Below, piece after piece: positions 40,086 to 52,100 of a DNA stretch of 58,885 nucleotides (positions within the stretch are counted from its first letter, which is position 1; every line of letters starts with the position of its first letter). A model generated the notes under the pieces. It was not told the DNA's origin. It searched no databases and saw only the letters and a program-made list of their open reading frames with translations. The stretch is from a virus (taxonomy: Duplodnaviria > Caudoviricetes), in IMG/VR virus record IMGVR_UViG_3300034120_000898, positions 1-58,885 of that record; one strand, written 5' to 3'. The position numbers and the translations under genes were made by a program.

Positions 40086-42011
40086 TTAATCAATTGGATA
40101 GATGTTAGCATCATTACCAAAATCAACCCAAGTTCTATAATTTTTTATTCTTGGTTTACTTAACTTAAGTAAAGATAATTGCAATTCGTATATTTTATTA
40201 AAAATACGATTCAATACATTTGGTTCTACTAATTCGTTGTCATTTACGAAAGTATTATATGTTAATTCGATATCTACCGAATTAATTTCCTCATCAGCAA
40301 GATAGATATAATCTTTATATACTAAATCTCCGTATTCGTTATACTCTGCATAGAATCTTCCTTTTAAATTATTCTTAAATTGCAATATGTTTGCAAACAA
40401 TTTGTAAATTTCTTTATTTAGAACTAACGATTGATTATATTCATTTCCAGTAAATTTTAATCTATCATAATTATAATATTCTAGATTGTCTTTTCTTAAT
40501 AAACTCAAATAATCAGTTCTTTCGTTTAGATGTGAAATGTAAGATTCTCCAGCAAAAAACACATTATCTCGATTTCCTTTACTAGCTGCTATGTATATGT
40601 CAGTAATACTAAAATTAGACATAAAGTATTCTGCATAATTCCATATTCCAAAATCAGCTAAAGTCGCCCATGTTTGATCTACTAAATTCCACTGAAATAA
40701 ATCCGCAGAATAAAATTTGTTTCTATTAAATACGGCAAAAGTTTTTTCTGGCTTCGAGAAAAATTTCTTAAATACCGAACTCACAGTAGAAACGTAAAAA
40801 ACATTAGAATCTTGTTCTGATATAGCAATTCTATTAAATCTTCCGTCTGTTTCTTTGTATATTACATCCTCGAATACATATACTCCTACTGATTTTCTTA
40901 ATTCATTATATTCAAATAATCCGTATTTAGGATTTTCTGGATCATAATCGTTTTGAAATAATACATAAGTATGATTATTCATAACTCTATGTCTTATATC
41001 TAAAACTGTATAAACTCCATTATTTGGTAGTTTTATAGTTGTTATCCAAACAAAGTTACTATCAAAAACTTTAATAGCATTATTTCCAGAATCGTACACC
41101 CACACCTCATTTGGTTTTGATCCTAAAACCGTACATCCTTTAAATTTATTTTTTCTTTCTGGACCTCCAAAACCACCTATAGGTTCTATTAAAAACCTTT
41201 TGCTCTCGAAGGCAGCATCGTTAGTGTAATAAGAAGTCACATCATATTTAAATACTTGACCTGTTCCGTTTATTTTAGAATCACTTATATACATGTATCG
41301 ACCATCAAATGTTATATCTTCTAAATTTTTACATAATTCGCTAGTATTAGAATCTATTATGTTTGTGTACAATTTAAATTCTGCTCCAGATAATTGTCCG
41401 TTGTTATCTATGGAACTAGTCAAAGAAAATACATAAGTATCTGTTATGGCTACAATACTAACGCCACTATCATCATCAAAAGGAATAACTATAAATCTTT
41501 TGATATTATCAAATTCAGAATAATCTGATAAAGATGGAACTGCTGCTAAATTGGACCAACCAAATGGACCTCCTATGGTTTGCTTTGCCTCCCATTTAAA
41601 GCTGCTAGTAGTAATTAAATTGCATAATATGTTTACATTATTATCTACAGGAACATCCGTACTTCCCATAAACATTTGACTATACATATAAATTAGATTA
41701 TTCTGTAAATATTCTAATTTTGTGTTTAAAACTTCTGATGTTACAATTTCACTAGGTTCTATTAATATTTTTTCTAATGAGTATGGTAATTGCAATACGT
41801 CATAAACGTATCTATCTTTATAGTATCCAGATTTATAATATCCTGCTGAATATTCACTTATAGGATTTAATAAGACGCTAGACTCTTCTGCGTAAAACTT
41901 TTCTTCGTATGCAGTTCCGTTTTCATCTACATTAAAAAACCCAATATAATCCGTAACTCCATCAGAAGTTTTGAATTCTCCACCACTAGTATAATTATAT
42001 CTTGTTTGCAT
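40086..42011 (-). CDS. baseplate-region protein with NHL-like beta-propeller
   Basis: 'DITFDGRYMYISDS', 'VWVYDSGNNAIKVFDSNF'. Confidence 0.6.
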   Translation of the reverse strand: MQTRYNYTSGGEFKTSDGVTDYIGFFNVDENGTAYEEKFYAEESSVLLNPISEYSAGYYKSGYYKDRYVYDVLQLPYSLEKILIEPSEIVTSEVLNTKLEYLQNNLIYMYSQMFMGSTDVPVDNNVNILCNLITTSSFKWEAKQTIGGPFGWSNLAAVPSLSDYSEFDNIKRFIVIPFDDDSGVSIVAITDTYVFSLTSSIDNNGQLSGAEFKLYTNIIDSNTSELCKNLEDITFDGRYMYISDSKINGTGQVFKYDVTSYYTNDAAFESKRFLIEPIGGFGGPERKNKFKGCTVLGSKPNEVWVYDSGNNAIKVFDSNFVWITTIKLPNNGVYTVLDIRHRVMNNHTYVLFQNDYDPENPKYGLFEYNELRKSVGVYVFEDVIYKETDGRFNRIAISEQDSNVFYVSTVSSVFKKFFSKPEKTFAVFNRNKFYSADLFQWNLVDQTWATLADFGIWNYAEYFMSNFSITDIYIAASKGNRDNVFFAGESYISHLNERTDYLSLLRKDNLEYYNYDRLKFTGNEYNQSLVLNKEIYKLFANILQFKNNLKGRFYAEYNEYGDLVYKDYIYLADEEINSVDIELTYNTFVNDNELVEPNVLNRIFNKIYELQLSLLKLSKPRIKNYRTWVDFGNDANIYPID

Positions 42012-42012
42012 C

Positions 42013-45000
42013 TTATCTAAATTGTATCTCGTTTATTGTTGTGGTAATTGGTAAAACTTTCTCTAGTTTTTCAATAATTAGAGACTTCATTTTTTCTGTT
42101 ACTTCAGAATTTGTTAATTGAGAGTTCTTAACAATAAGATTTATTTTATTACTCTTATTGCCAGTGGTGTTTAACTTGAATTGTCTGTCGATTCCATCTA
42201 GTTCGTTTCTTTGATCACATGGCAAAGATACTACCAAGTCATTGATTCCGATTCCTCGATAAACATGATATTGTATTTCTGTATTTGTCAAAGCTCTCTT
42301 ATACATTTTAAATTGTTTTATCTGCAATCCATTTATAAAGTAATAATTTTTTTGACCTAGATGAGCATCTAATGTTTCGTTATTGTAGAAGTAAGTTTTT
42401 CCTATAGCCATATTTTCTCTTACTATATCTTGGAAAATATATTGGCCTTTTCTAATGCTTACTGTGTCTATTTCTTTTCCGTCACAAAACACAGAAATAT
42501 ATCCTTCTATTCCATCAATTCTAAAAGCAAAATGATGATATTCAGATGTGAATTTATCTTTACTAATAGGAATTTCTACGTTTATCTTTTCAGTATTATT
42601 ATAAGCATTTTGTAAAACTAATTTAAAAACCAGTTCGTTCTTTTCTGGATATCTCGAATTCAATTGTTCATAATTTGTTAAATTATAATTAATTTTCCTT
42701 ACATCACCATAATCATAATTGACTGCGGTTAATCCTAGAAAATTTGCATATGATACGATGTTTATATCTTGTAAAATAGTATTTGTTACTGATTCATCCA
42801 ATCTGCCCAAAAATAATTCGTTTGGTTGTATATCTCTTGTTCCATTTTTTATTTTTCCTAAAATTATAGGATATGAACTCAATCCATATTTTGTATACTC
42901 TCTAACATAATCAATTTTAAATAATTCAATTTCATCATTTGCAATTATACCAAATCCATTAAAAACTGTAGATATAGATGGTTTTAATGTAGTGGAATAT
43001 AATAATATTCTATCCTTTGTGAATTTTGATATCTTATTTGTATTATGTAATACATAATAATTGTATTCGTCATCTATATAAAAATCAATAATATTAGTTT
43101 TGCTTTTTAATAATTGATATTTGATTTCTCTATCAAAAGATTCTTGATATAAGATGTTATCTTTTATGTATAAAACTGTGTCGTTTACGAATTGTTTTGC
43201 TCTATATCCATTAAATGCATACAAACCGTCTTTATATTTTAATATAGAATGAACATCTTCTCCTTGAGGTAAATTTACATATTTTACCATGTCCTCATGT
43301 AAGATGGCTTGTTTTTCCTCGTTATAATTTATGTATTCTTTAGGTTTTAAAAATAGAGGTATTTCGGTAGCAAAAGATTGTGGTATAGTCGTTAGTTTTT
43401 CTGTTGTTGTGTCAAATGCAACAACAGTTCCTATTTTATTAGTGAGAAAATATATATAATCTCCATGATTATATGTCATTGATTCATAAGGCATTGCTTG
43501 ATCACCCAAAGCATCATATAATACAGAATTTGAATTAAATTTTGTTATTAATGGTATTCCATCCAATGGATAATCTGTTCTAAATTCTGTGCTGGTGCTT
43601 ATTGTGCTATATGAATCTAAATGATCTGTTTTATACACATCTTTTATAAACATAAATTCCATTTCTGCTTCATTTTCTAAAGAAGCTTGATTAATAGAAT
43701 TAAAATTTGTATTAAACGTATAAACTTTTTTCTTGTTTTGTACTGTTATAAAAGGAGTTATCTTTCTGTCATCCAATAATGCCAAACCTTTATTATTTAA
43801 ATTTCCTATTATCTGATAACCACTTTTTTTACTCCAATCGTCAGATCTAGCCCAAAAACTTATTGTGTATTGATGTGAATCATTTACAGATTTATAGTTA
43901 TTCAACATAGAATAACAATTATTGTTAAAAGTATATTCTACATCGTCTGTATCTATGTCATCTACATAAACATATGAATCGTTTCCGTTTTTAGGAATTA
44001 ATCCATTTTCTATCATATCATCTGTTATTGTTTTGAGAACAGATTTTACATATTCATCACCAACTCTGTAATATATGTATTCTGTATTTGGTAAAATAAC
44101 TAAATCACTCCTCTTATCATAAAAAGATATCCCATACACAGCACTTTTTATGGTTTGTGGAGTTGCTTGTAGTTCTTCTTCTGGAGTGTTGTAAACAAAA
44201 GGAACATCATAATACTCTTCTGTCTTCAAAGAAGTATTGAACAATTCTACGTTTTGATCTATGTTAGAATAATTAAATGTTGTCTGTAAAGCTTCTGCAA
44301 AAGTAGTTTTATCTGGATGATAATACCTATCTAACCATACATATTCTCCTTTTCTATTTTTGTGAAGCCAAGAACACAAATACTGAGCAGTAATCTCTCC
44401 TGTTTGTGCTGTTTTTTTATAGATTCTATCTGATAAATAAGGATTTTCTGCTGCTATAGAACCCATTCTATGCCAATTTAGATCATTTATGTTTATTTGT
44501 TTGTATGGATACAAACTTTCTGGAGTAAAAAATATGTTATATGTATCTGGTTCTAATCTATAATCATTATTATAGAATTCGTATCCTGTAGTTATTGCAT
44601 AACTTCCTTTTTCTTGTTCGTTTCCAGTAAACAACCCATAGTATGTTCTGTTATCTACAGTTGGCACATTTTCATTCTCTTTTTGTAGAAAATTAGATCT
44701 GTAATTATAATTTTTATTTGTCTTTTGATTTTTAAGCGTTAAAAAATTAACAGGCATCTCATTTCCTGTAAGATTACTATATTGTGTATGTATAATGTAA
44801 TTATTTAATAAATTATCAGCACTTCTTTCTGGATTTATATCATACGAATTTTTATGCCTTATATCATAAGATACCCAAGAAGTGTTTAGTTTTGGTAATA
44901 TCTTTTGAATATAATAATTCACGTTAAAATAATTTTTTGTCACATTTGATGTGACATATTCCATTTCAAGAGAATAATCAGAAATTTTTAATGAAAATAA

Positions 45001-45585
45001 TCCATTATTAGATTTCATGAATAAAGAAATCTTGTTATCTTTTTTATCTAATACATATTTGAAGGTAGAACTCTCTGGAGTGGCAGATAAAGAAAATTTG
45101 AATTTTTCGTCATCATAATTATAATTTAAATAATAAAAATTTCTATCTTTGCTTCTGTGCATTATTTTTGCATCAGTCTCATCAATAATGTTGATTTCAA
45201 AAATTCTTGCAGTCTTTTCTACGAATTTTTGATCCTTTAAAGTAAAAAAATAAACAGCATCAAATGCTCCGCTAACAGAAGATATCGTAAGATACAAATT
45301 TGTGGTTGGATCTACCAAAGATGTGTTAAATGACAGCAGATCTATTTGCTGTTCAGTTTGTAATCCTTTAAAATTTAAAAAATCAGAAAATTTTTGTTTA
45401 TCAGTGAGATAAATAGATGAATAATTGTTTATATTTCTGTCTGTGACATTACTTAAATATGGTTCATTACATGATGGAATTCCTTCTTCTGTATTTGATT
45501 TGAAAGATACAAATTGTATATCAGTATCTTCAGAATAAGAAGTTGATAGTGCGACTGAATTAGACTCTAGATTAAGAATATCCAC
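42013..45585 (-). CDS. large baseplate-region protein with a split LamG-like domain
   Basis: 'YTISFWARSDDW' and 'YHHFAFRIDG..GYISVFCDG...IKQFKMYKRALTNTEI'. Confidence 0.6.
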   Translation of the reverse strand: MDILNLESNSVALSTSYSEDTDIQFVSFKSNTEEGIPSCNEPYLSNVTDRNINNYSSIYLTDKQKFSDFLNFKGLQTEQQIDLLSFNTSLVDPTTNLYLTISSVSGAFDAVYFFTLKDQKFVEKTARIFEINIIDETDAKIMHRSKDRNFYYLNYNYDDEKFKFSLSATPESSTFKYVLDKKDNKISLFMKSNNGLFSLKISDYSLEMEYVTSNVTKNYFNVNYYIQKILPKLNTSWVSYDIRHKNSYDINPERSADNLLNNYIIHTQYSNLTGNEMPVNFLTLKNQKTNKNYNYRSNFLQKENENVPTVDNRTYYGLFTGNEQEKGSYAITTGYEFYNNDYRLEPDTYNIFFTPESLYPYKQININDLNWHRMGSIAAENPYLSDRIYKKTAQTGEITAQYLCSWLHKNRKGEYVWLDRYYHPDKTTFAEALQTTFNYSNIDQNVELFNTSLKTEEYYDVPFVYNTPEEELQATPQTIKSAVYGISFYDKRSDLVILPNTEYIYYRVGDEYVKSVLKTITDDMIENGLIPKNGNDSYVYVDDIDTDDVEYTFNNNCYSMLNNYKSVNDSHQYTISFWARSDDWSKKSGYQIIGNLNNKGLALLDDRKITPFITVQNKKKVYTFNTNFNSINQASLENEAEMEFMFIKDVYKTDHLDSYSTISTSTEFRTDYPLDGIPLITKFNSNSVLYDALGDQAMPYESMTYNHGDYIYFLTNKIGTVVAFDTTTEKLTTIPQSFATEIPLFLKPKEYINYNEEKQAILHEDMVKYVNLPQGEDVHSILKYKDGLYAFNGYRAKQFVNDTVLYIKDNILYQESFDREIKYQLLKSKTNIIDFYIDDEYNYYVLHNTNKISKFTKDRILLYSTTLKPSISTVFNGFGIIANDEIELFKIDYVREYTKYGLSSYPIILGKIKNGTRDIQPNELFLGRLDESVTNTILQDINIVSYANFLGLTAVNYDYGDVRKINYNLTNYEQLNSRYPEKNELVFKLVLQNAYNNTEKINVEIPISKDKFTSEYHHFAFRIDGIEGYISVFCDGKEIDTVSIRKGQYIFQDIVRENMAIGKTYFYNNETLDAHLGQKNYYFINGLQIKQFKMYKRALTNTEIQYHVYRGIGINDLVVSLPCDQRNELDGIDRQFKLNTTGNKSNKINLIVKNSQLTNSEVTEKMKSLIIEKLEKVLPITTTINEIQFR

Positions 45586-45589
45586 TTAA

Positions 45590-46060
45590 TTATTTAATTT
45601 TTAAGTTTAAAATATCACCTTTTAATGTATCTAAAGTTATAAACATAGAATTATCAGCATTATCGATAAATTGGCATGAAGCCACTGTTAATTTTTCGTG
45701 TTGAGAATAAAACGAAGATTTTCCTATTGCTATAGGAATTTGGTAGTATAATTTAGTAAAATTTGCAAAGACAATGATAAATGTTGGATAATATATCATA
45801 TAATGATGCGAATCTGTTGGTTCATACCTACCAAAGATAGGTTGTTTCATCTTTTCTGGATCATCATAAGAGTAATCTTTAATAATAACTGGTGTATCGT
45901 TATTTAAATCAGCAATAATTTTAAGTATTGGTATGTTTCCAGAGCCAACAGCACTAAATGTGAACATCACATCAGTTTGACCCTTGAATCTTTTTAATTC
46001 CTCATAATACTGACGATCAATTCCATTGAAATTAGCTGGTATAATATAATTCGTATTCAT
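45590..46060 (-). CDS. hypothetical baseplate-region protein
   Basis: 156-aa ORF packed tightly within the operon. Confidence 0.65.
   Translation of the reverse strand: MNTNYIIPANFNGIDRQYYEELKRFKGQTDVMFTFSAVGSGNIPILKIIADLNNDTPVIIKDYSYDDPEKMKQPIFGRYEPTDSHHYMIYYPTFIIVFANFTKLYYQIPIAIGKSSFYSQHEKLTVASCQFIDNADNSMFITLDTLKGDILNLKIK
45591..45596 (-). promoter_or_regulatory. late promoter core TAAATA
   Basis: TAAATA-N5-GTG(45585). Confidence 0.7.
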
Positions 46061-46061
46061 A

Positions 46062-49000
46062 TTAAGAGAATGTTAATACATCCGAGTCAAAACTTGCTGT
46101 ATTGTTTAGTGTTATGTTGTTAAATGTTATATTATTTTGTGTTAAAGATGGTGTATCATAAAAATTAATAGTTTTTATGTACTCATTATTAATAAAATTA
46201 TAAAGTTTAACGTCAAATGATGAAATATCTACTCCGTCATACCAGAATTTCATCTGTAATATATATGCTAATCCGTTTTGATCCTCCAGAGTCGAAACTA
46301 CAGCATACTTCTGATTTCTTGTATTAAATGTTAATACAGGAGGATTTATTCTGTTTAATTTGATCTGATTTAAAGAAGAATTATTATAAAATAACGTGAA
46401 ATCCGAATTTTCGTGTGGATATATTTTAGTTTTTGTTGCTTTTGTATAATCTATTTTGTATATAAAAGGCACAACACCAAAATTGTTTGATATCGTATTA
46501 ACAGCAGATAACTGAACCATCATAGCATACTCTCTATTTTCAAAAATAAAAGGATTTGATATGTTGTTCAATACTCCAGTTGAATCATATTGTGTATGAT
46601 TTGCTATAGTTTCCGAATATACGAATTTATCTTGTTCGTAATTTAATATTTCTACTATGTTGTAGTTCTCTGTTCGTATCCACAAAAAATTATTGTATAT
46701 ATTAAAATCTAATACTTTTCTATCTATCTCTTCTAGTACTGTTTGATTGTATTTGTTTACTAAAATTATAGATAATGCTGATATCAAAGGAGTTATGTTA
46801 CCAGAAACGATATCACGAACATATATCCTACCTAAAGTATTTCTTAATTCATAAGAATTTTTGTTATCTTGTTGTACATGATCGGATGATAATGTTTTAC
46901 TAGATGCCAATGTCTGATTTATTATAAACTTTGTTTGATCTTCAAAGTCAAAATCCATTTCACATATTTCAGTTATTAAACCCGCATCAAAATCCTTATA
47001 TTTTATTGAAGATAGTATGTATCCGTTATTAAAACTTGGCTTGTCTTTAGACACATTATCTTCTGCATTTCCGTCTAATGTACTACTTAAAGAATCTGAT
47101 ATATTTGATGGGTTTCTAGTATATCTCAAACCATCTATAGTATAAGAAATCCTATCGTTTATCGTTTCATGAAGTATATTAATATCCCAATTATAAAAAA
47201 TCTTACTTCTATCTATAGTATCATCTAATAAATTATAAAAATTTCCATCTATCAGTAAAAGATCTTTAAATATTAATGGATTAATATTAACATCAAATAC
47301 AACAGATTGTCTTTTAATGTAATTAATCATCATTCCATCTATACGAGTTGGAAATTCATATAGAGGTCTTACCATAATACCATTTCGTATCCCACCAACA
47401 CCACCATCTATAGATATATTATAATAATAATAAGAAGACCATATATTAGGTTTTACCCAATCTGGATGTGTTGTATATACAACCTCTGGAAGATAATCAT
47501 TTGCTTCTTCAAAAAATTTAATTGGTCCACCATCATATTCTTCGCATACCAAAGAAGAATTAGATATAAAAAAGGAATTGTCTATTATATTTCTTCTGGA
47601 TTTATCTTTAAAAAGAGCAAATTGATTACCGAAAATATCCGAACTCCATTTTGTAACCACACCCATATTATACATGCTGGAAAAATTGGTTTTTAATCCT
47701 TCTTTTCCTGTATAGATACTATCTACTATTTGATTTTTAGAAAAATATGCATAAAAATCTTGAGTATATGCTGTAGAATTGATGTCTCCTTCTGATAATC
47801 CTTGGTCTAAATTTTTAACGGATTTTGTATAATCACATATATGAATTAATGGATACTTGGAATCAAATGTTCTTTTTAATCCTGTGGTATTTCCATACTT
47901 ATCTGGATCTGGAAAGATATACAGTTTGTTTGGTTGAAGTTTTTTATAGTCTAGTTTGTATCTTTTTTCTGGAACCGAATAATACAAAATACTATTTTTT
48001 TCTGGAGTAAAAAATAATCCAATCCTTCTACAAGATTGCACATCGGACTCTTCTTCTACAGAAGCCGTTGTAGGAAAGTGCCTGTTTAATAAATTTCCAG
48101 AAGGATTATCTGCTTTAAATAAAATTGCTGATGTTACATCCGTGATAGTAGATCCTGTTTGAATATAATAAAAATCACTTCCTATATATTTTTTGATAAG
48201 AGACTCTTTAAGTTTGACTAACCTTTCTGCTTTTGGTCTGTTATTAGTAATTAAGTCGTACAGAGCTTCATTCGGTTTACAATCAAGATTTATAGTATCT
48301 GTATCATAATTAATAGTAAACAATCTTCCGAATTCAGTTAAAAATATTCTTACGTTTTCTAATAACTGATTTTTTACTGCTTTTGATATATTTAGAAATA
48401 TATTAGCATCTATAAAATTTATATTTGCTGTGTATAAATCTTGCCTTAATTTAGTTTTTACATCATATTTTTTGTATGTTTCATCTGGATCATTATCTAG
48501 ATAATTTGTGTACAAATCATACAATTCTTCTATTTCTATGTCTAATTTTTTAAGTAAAGTTTTATAATTTACGCTTGGTTGGTATACTCCAACATTCAAA
48601 ACATCAGAAAAAATTACATCAGTAATAGTCTCGTATATAGATTTTTCTATACTATTAAACGTGCCTTTATTCTTGTTTTTATCTATTTTATATTTTAGTT
48701 TTTCTCTTTTTTTATTATAAAAATCACATATTTCTATGACTTTGTTAGAAAAGAAAGGCAGAAGTATGTCAACTTCCGTTGGATCATCAAAATCTATGTT
48801 AGCCAAAAATCTTTTTTCGTCTGATGTAGTATAATTTACCGTGATATCTTTTATTAATTCAAAATACCTCTCTTGTATGGTATCCAATACCTTAACATCT
48901 TTTATTTTTTTAGCTTTATTCCATTCCTCTATATAATTAGAATAAGAATCTTCTAATTCATTAGCATTTACGTTGTTTTGTGTGTATTTTAAGTAGTCAA

Positions 49001-49106
49001 ATAAAGAAAACGGAGAATTAAAATCCAAGTAAGATTCGGGAGTAGAATCCGAATTGGTTATTGAATATAATACTAGTATTTTAGAGAATACAAATGAATT
49101 AGACAC
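46062..49106 (-). CDS. large baseplate-region protein with clustered (I/L/Y/F)DG motifs
   Basis: 1014-aa ORF; position downstream of the gp6-like gene. Confidence 0.6.
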   Translation of the reverse strand: MSNSFVFSKILVLYSITNSDSTPESYLDFNSPFSLFDYLKYTQNNVNANELEDSYSNYIEEWNKAKKIKDVKVLDTIQERYFELIKDITVNYTTSDEKRFLANIDFDDPTEVDILLPFFSNKVIEICDFYNKKREKLKYKIDKNKNKGTFNSIEKSIYETITDVIFSDVLNVGVYQPSVNYKTLLKKLDIEIEELYDLYTNYLDNDPDETYKKYDVKTKLRQDLYTANINFIDANIFLNISKAVKNQLLENVRIFLTEFGRLFTINYDTDTINLDCKPNEALYDLITNNRPKAERLVKLKESLIKKYIGSDFYYIQTGSTITDVTSAILFKADNPSGNLLNRHFPTTASVEEESDVQSCRRIGLFFTPEKNSILYYSVPEKRYKLDYKKLQPNKLYIFPDPDKYGNTTGLKRTFDSKYPLIHICDYTKSVKNLDQGLSEGDINSTAYTQDFYAYFSKNQIVDSIYTGKEGLKTNFSSMYNMGVVTKWSSDIFGNQFALFKDKSRRNIIDNSFFISNSSLVCEEYDGGPIKFFEEANDYLPEVVYTTHPDWVKPNIWSSYYYYNISIDGGVGGIRNGIMVRPLYEFPTRIDGMMINYIKRQSVVFDVNINPLIFKDLLLIDGNFYNLLDDTIDRSKIFYNWDINILHETINDRISYTIDGLRYTRNPSNISDSLSSTLDGNAEDNVSKDKPSFNNGYILSSIKYKDFDAGLITEICEMDFDFEDQTKFIINQTLASSKTLSSDHVQQDNKNSYELRNTLGRIYVRDIVSGNITPLISALSIILVNKYNQTVLEEIDRKVLDFNIYNNFLWIRTENYNIVEILNYEQDKFVYSETIANHTQYDSTGVLNNISNPFIFENREYAMMVQLSAVNTISNNFGVVPFIYKIDYTKATKTKIYPHENSDFTLFYNNSSLNQIKLNRINPPVLTFNTRNQKYAVVSTLEDQNGLAYILQMKFWYDGVDISSFDVKLYNFINNEYIKTINFYDTPSLTQNNITFNNITLNNTASFDSDVLTFS

Positions 49107-49110
49107 ATAA

Positions 49111-52100
49111 TTATTTAATAACCCCTAATCCTTTTGCTAAAGAATATGTTATCATCTTATTTTTTATTTGATCCCATTGGTTTACAGAAGATATCTTCTC
49201 AGATATGGTATTATATGGGTCTGCCCAATTTATAAGACCCTCTGTTTGTAGATCCAAATAAGCTTTTTTGTACTCAAAAAATTGATAATATCTAGGAATT
49301 TGCTCATTAACATATTCGTCAGGCAAACTCAATCCCCAGCCCCAATTTTTATGATATGAACTCAAAGCGTATGTTCTATTAACAGGATCAATAAAATTGA
49401 TATAAGAAGAACTTAACAAATTGGTGTTTATCCTTTGATATGTCTCACTAAACTTTTCGTAGGCTATTATATCTACACCAGCAGTCAGTACACTTGTAAA
49501 GAAATTCAATTCATCACCTTTATTTGTTCCATATATACTATCTACTGAAGTGTATCCTTTCTTATCGTAATTTTGGTCAAATTTATTTCTACTTCCTTTA
49601 ATTTTAGAAAAGTTAATAGAAAATATATCAACCAAGCGATTCAATTCCGCAGGAAAATTATAATCATTATTTTTAAACGAATACAAAGTTTCATCAAACA
49701 TAGAATACATAGATTCTAATGCTTGTATATTACAAGTATCAATATTGTTTACGTTATCTGTAAAATTTGATATTTTTTCATAAATTAATTTTCCGAGATA
49801 TGCTGGACTAGATGTGCTGTCTCCCACAATAGTACCGATAAAATCCTGAAAAAGAATATTAGAATTTACTAGATATTCTTGAAATCTATAAGAATTTATT
49901 TGTGTTTTTAGATCAAAGTTCTCATTTAATTTTCTTATGTTGAGACCACCAGATCTGTTAGAATATATAGAAAACGTATTGCTATCTCCTAGTATTCTAA
50001 ATTCTTGTGCGTCTGCACGGACATATTTATTTATAAATTTAAATCCGTTCCAATCTCCATATGCATTCAATTTGTCCTGTATATTTACAGGATTGTTAGA
50101 TATTGAATGTAAGTCAAGACTTTCTACAATAAATCCAGTTCCACTGGTATCAACATCCGAATCAAAAGAATGCAATTTTTTATTTTTATTATCTACGACA
50201 ACTATAATATTCTCAGTAGTGCATGCTATGCCTTCCAAATCACTAATATAATTATACTGATCGTTTACTGCTACAGTTGATAATGTATATGTATTAATAG
50301 TATTAAGTATATTATTAATTTTTGCTACTTGATTTATATTTTTAGTAACCCATATATTGTCATATACATCTATTGTAATATTCCACAAGCTTCCTTGGAC
50401 AGAAAAATATTCTACGTTTTGTCCAAATTTATCTATTTTAAAAACTTGGTCATTTTTACTAGATAATGTATTGGTTACAGACTTGTCTTTCATTATACCC
50501 CATACATTCATTTTTCTATCAGTAACAATTTCTGTTATTTGGTATGCAGGATCTAGTATTTTAGACACTAACAACCCTCCAACAGAATTATATTTTTCTA
50601 TAAAAGATGATAATTGGTTTGAATAACTCACCCAAACATTATTATCTCTATCAGTGTCTATAGACGCTGGAGTTATAGTATTTTGTTCGTTTATTATTTG
50701 ATTTGCTAGTGATGATACAATTATTCTATTTGGATAAACTAAATTTGATATAGTACTTATTTTTAATACGCTTATAGAGTCATATAATGTTACCCAAACA
50801 TCCCCAGAGGAATCAGCGCAAATGTCAGATGGCGAGCAACTATCTGGGAGTGTAAAATTATTATACAATACATTAAATGATCCATCGTATTTGGATATTT
50901 TATCTCTATCTGCATCTACTAACCAAATTTCATTAACATATTGTCTACTAGTTGGATCTAATCTAGTGACTACACATGAAGAATATATCCCAGATAACGA
51001 ATCTACTGTTCTTATTGTATCTACTAATGTTTTAGTTCCAGTACTTGCATCCGTTTGAAATCTAATATCGTGAACTTTTTCGTATTGAGGTTCATTTATT
51101 ATAAAATATGTGGTTTGTGTTCTATATTCTTCGAATACAGTTGGTGCAGCCACAGCATGGATATGAACATTTCTTAATTCTTTATCAGATATAAAATATC
51201 CTTTAAAAAATCCTCCATATGTTTCTGAAGACAACACACCAAAATTAGAATAAAATTGTATTCCGTCAATCTTATTATTGTTTTCATCTCTCAAACAAAC
51301 ATAAACTTGTGCAGAAGATGGAGGGTTCGAATCAGTTAACGTAAGTACTTTATTTCCTTTTGATGGAGAATTTTTGGGATCTTTTATTCTTACCACAAAA
51401 GGAATTTTCTGATTTGTATATTTTTCTTCGTATATATTAAAAGAAGTTATAGGATTATCATATCCGTCAGAATCTATACCGTTGGAAGTAATAGTTAAGC
51501 GATCAGAATCTGCCTTTTGCATCAAAACCGCATAAGAATTTGCATCTAGTATGGTATTGATTATTGGATAAGTAGTACTTGGATAATTCTTATTGAAAGA
51601 ATCATGATCTTTAAATCTTCTCGAATCAAAAGACACAAAAATTCTAGTTGGTTTTGATACTGTTATGTTTATTGGTTGTTTGATTACATCATCTATATAA
51701 AAAAATCTTTTTCTTCCATAAGTACCAGCAAAACAAGAACCTCTATCATTTTTATCACAAAAAACTAGTTGGTTATTTACTAATCTAACATATAATTCTT
51801 CGTTAGATGTTTCCACAGTATTTACGGGAAGAATAGCTTCTGATCCATTGTATGGATCGTTAGTCAAAGATTCGAATCTTGCTGTTGCCTTTAGGTGACC
51901 CCATTTATCTTTTTCATATTTAACTACATCTAATATAGGAGAGTTATTTCCTGTTACATGTAGATTTATTGTATACGGAACAGGATTTTTGGGATCGTAT
52001 GTCTGCCAACTATTGTATCGAAATACTTCGAAAGGACTTTCTCTAGTTCCTGCTTGTGTTTTCTTATTAAAACCAGTTAACACTAAAGTATCTGTTATAA

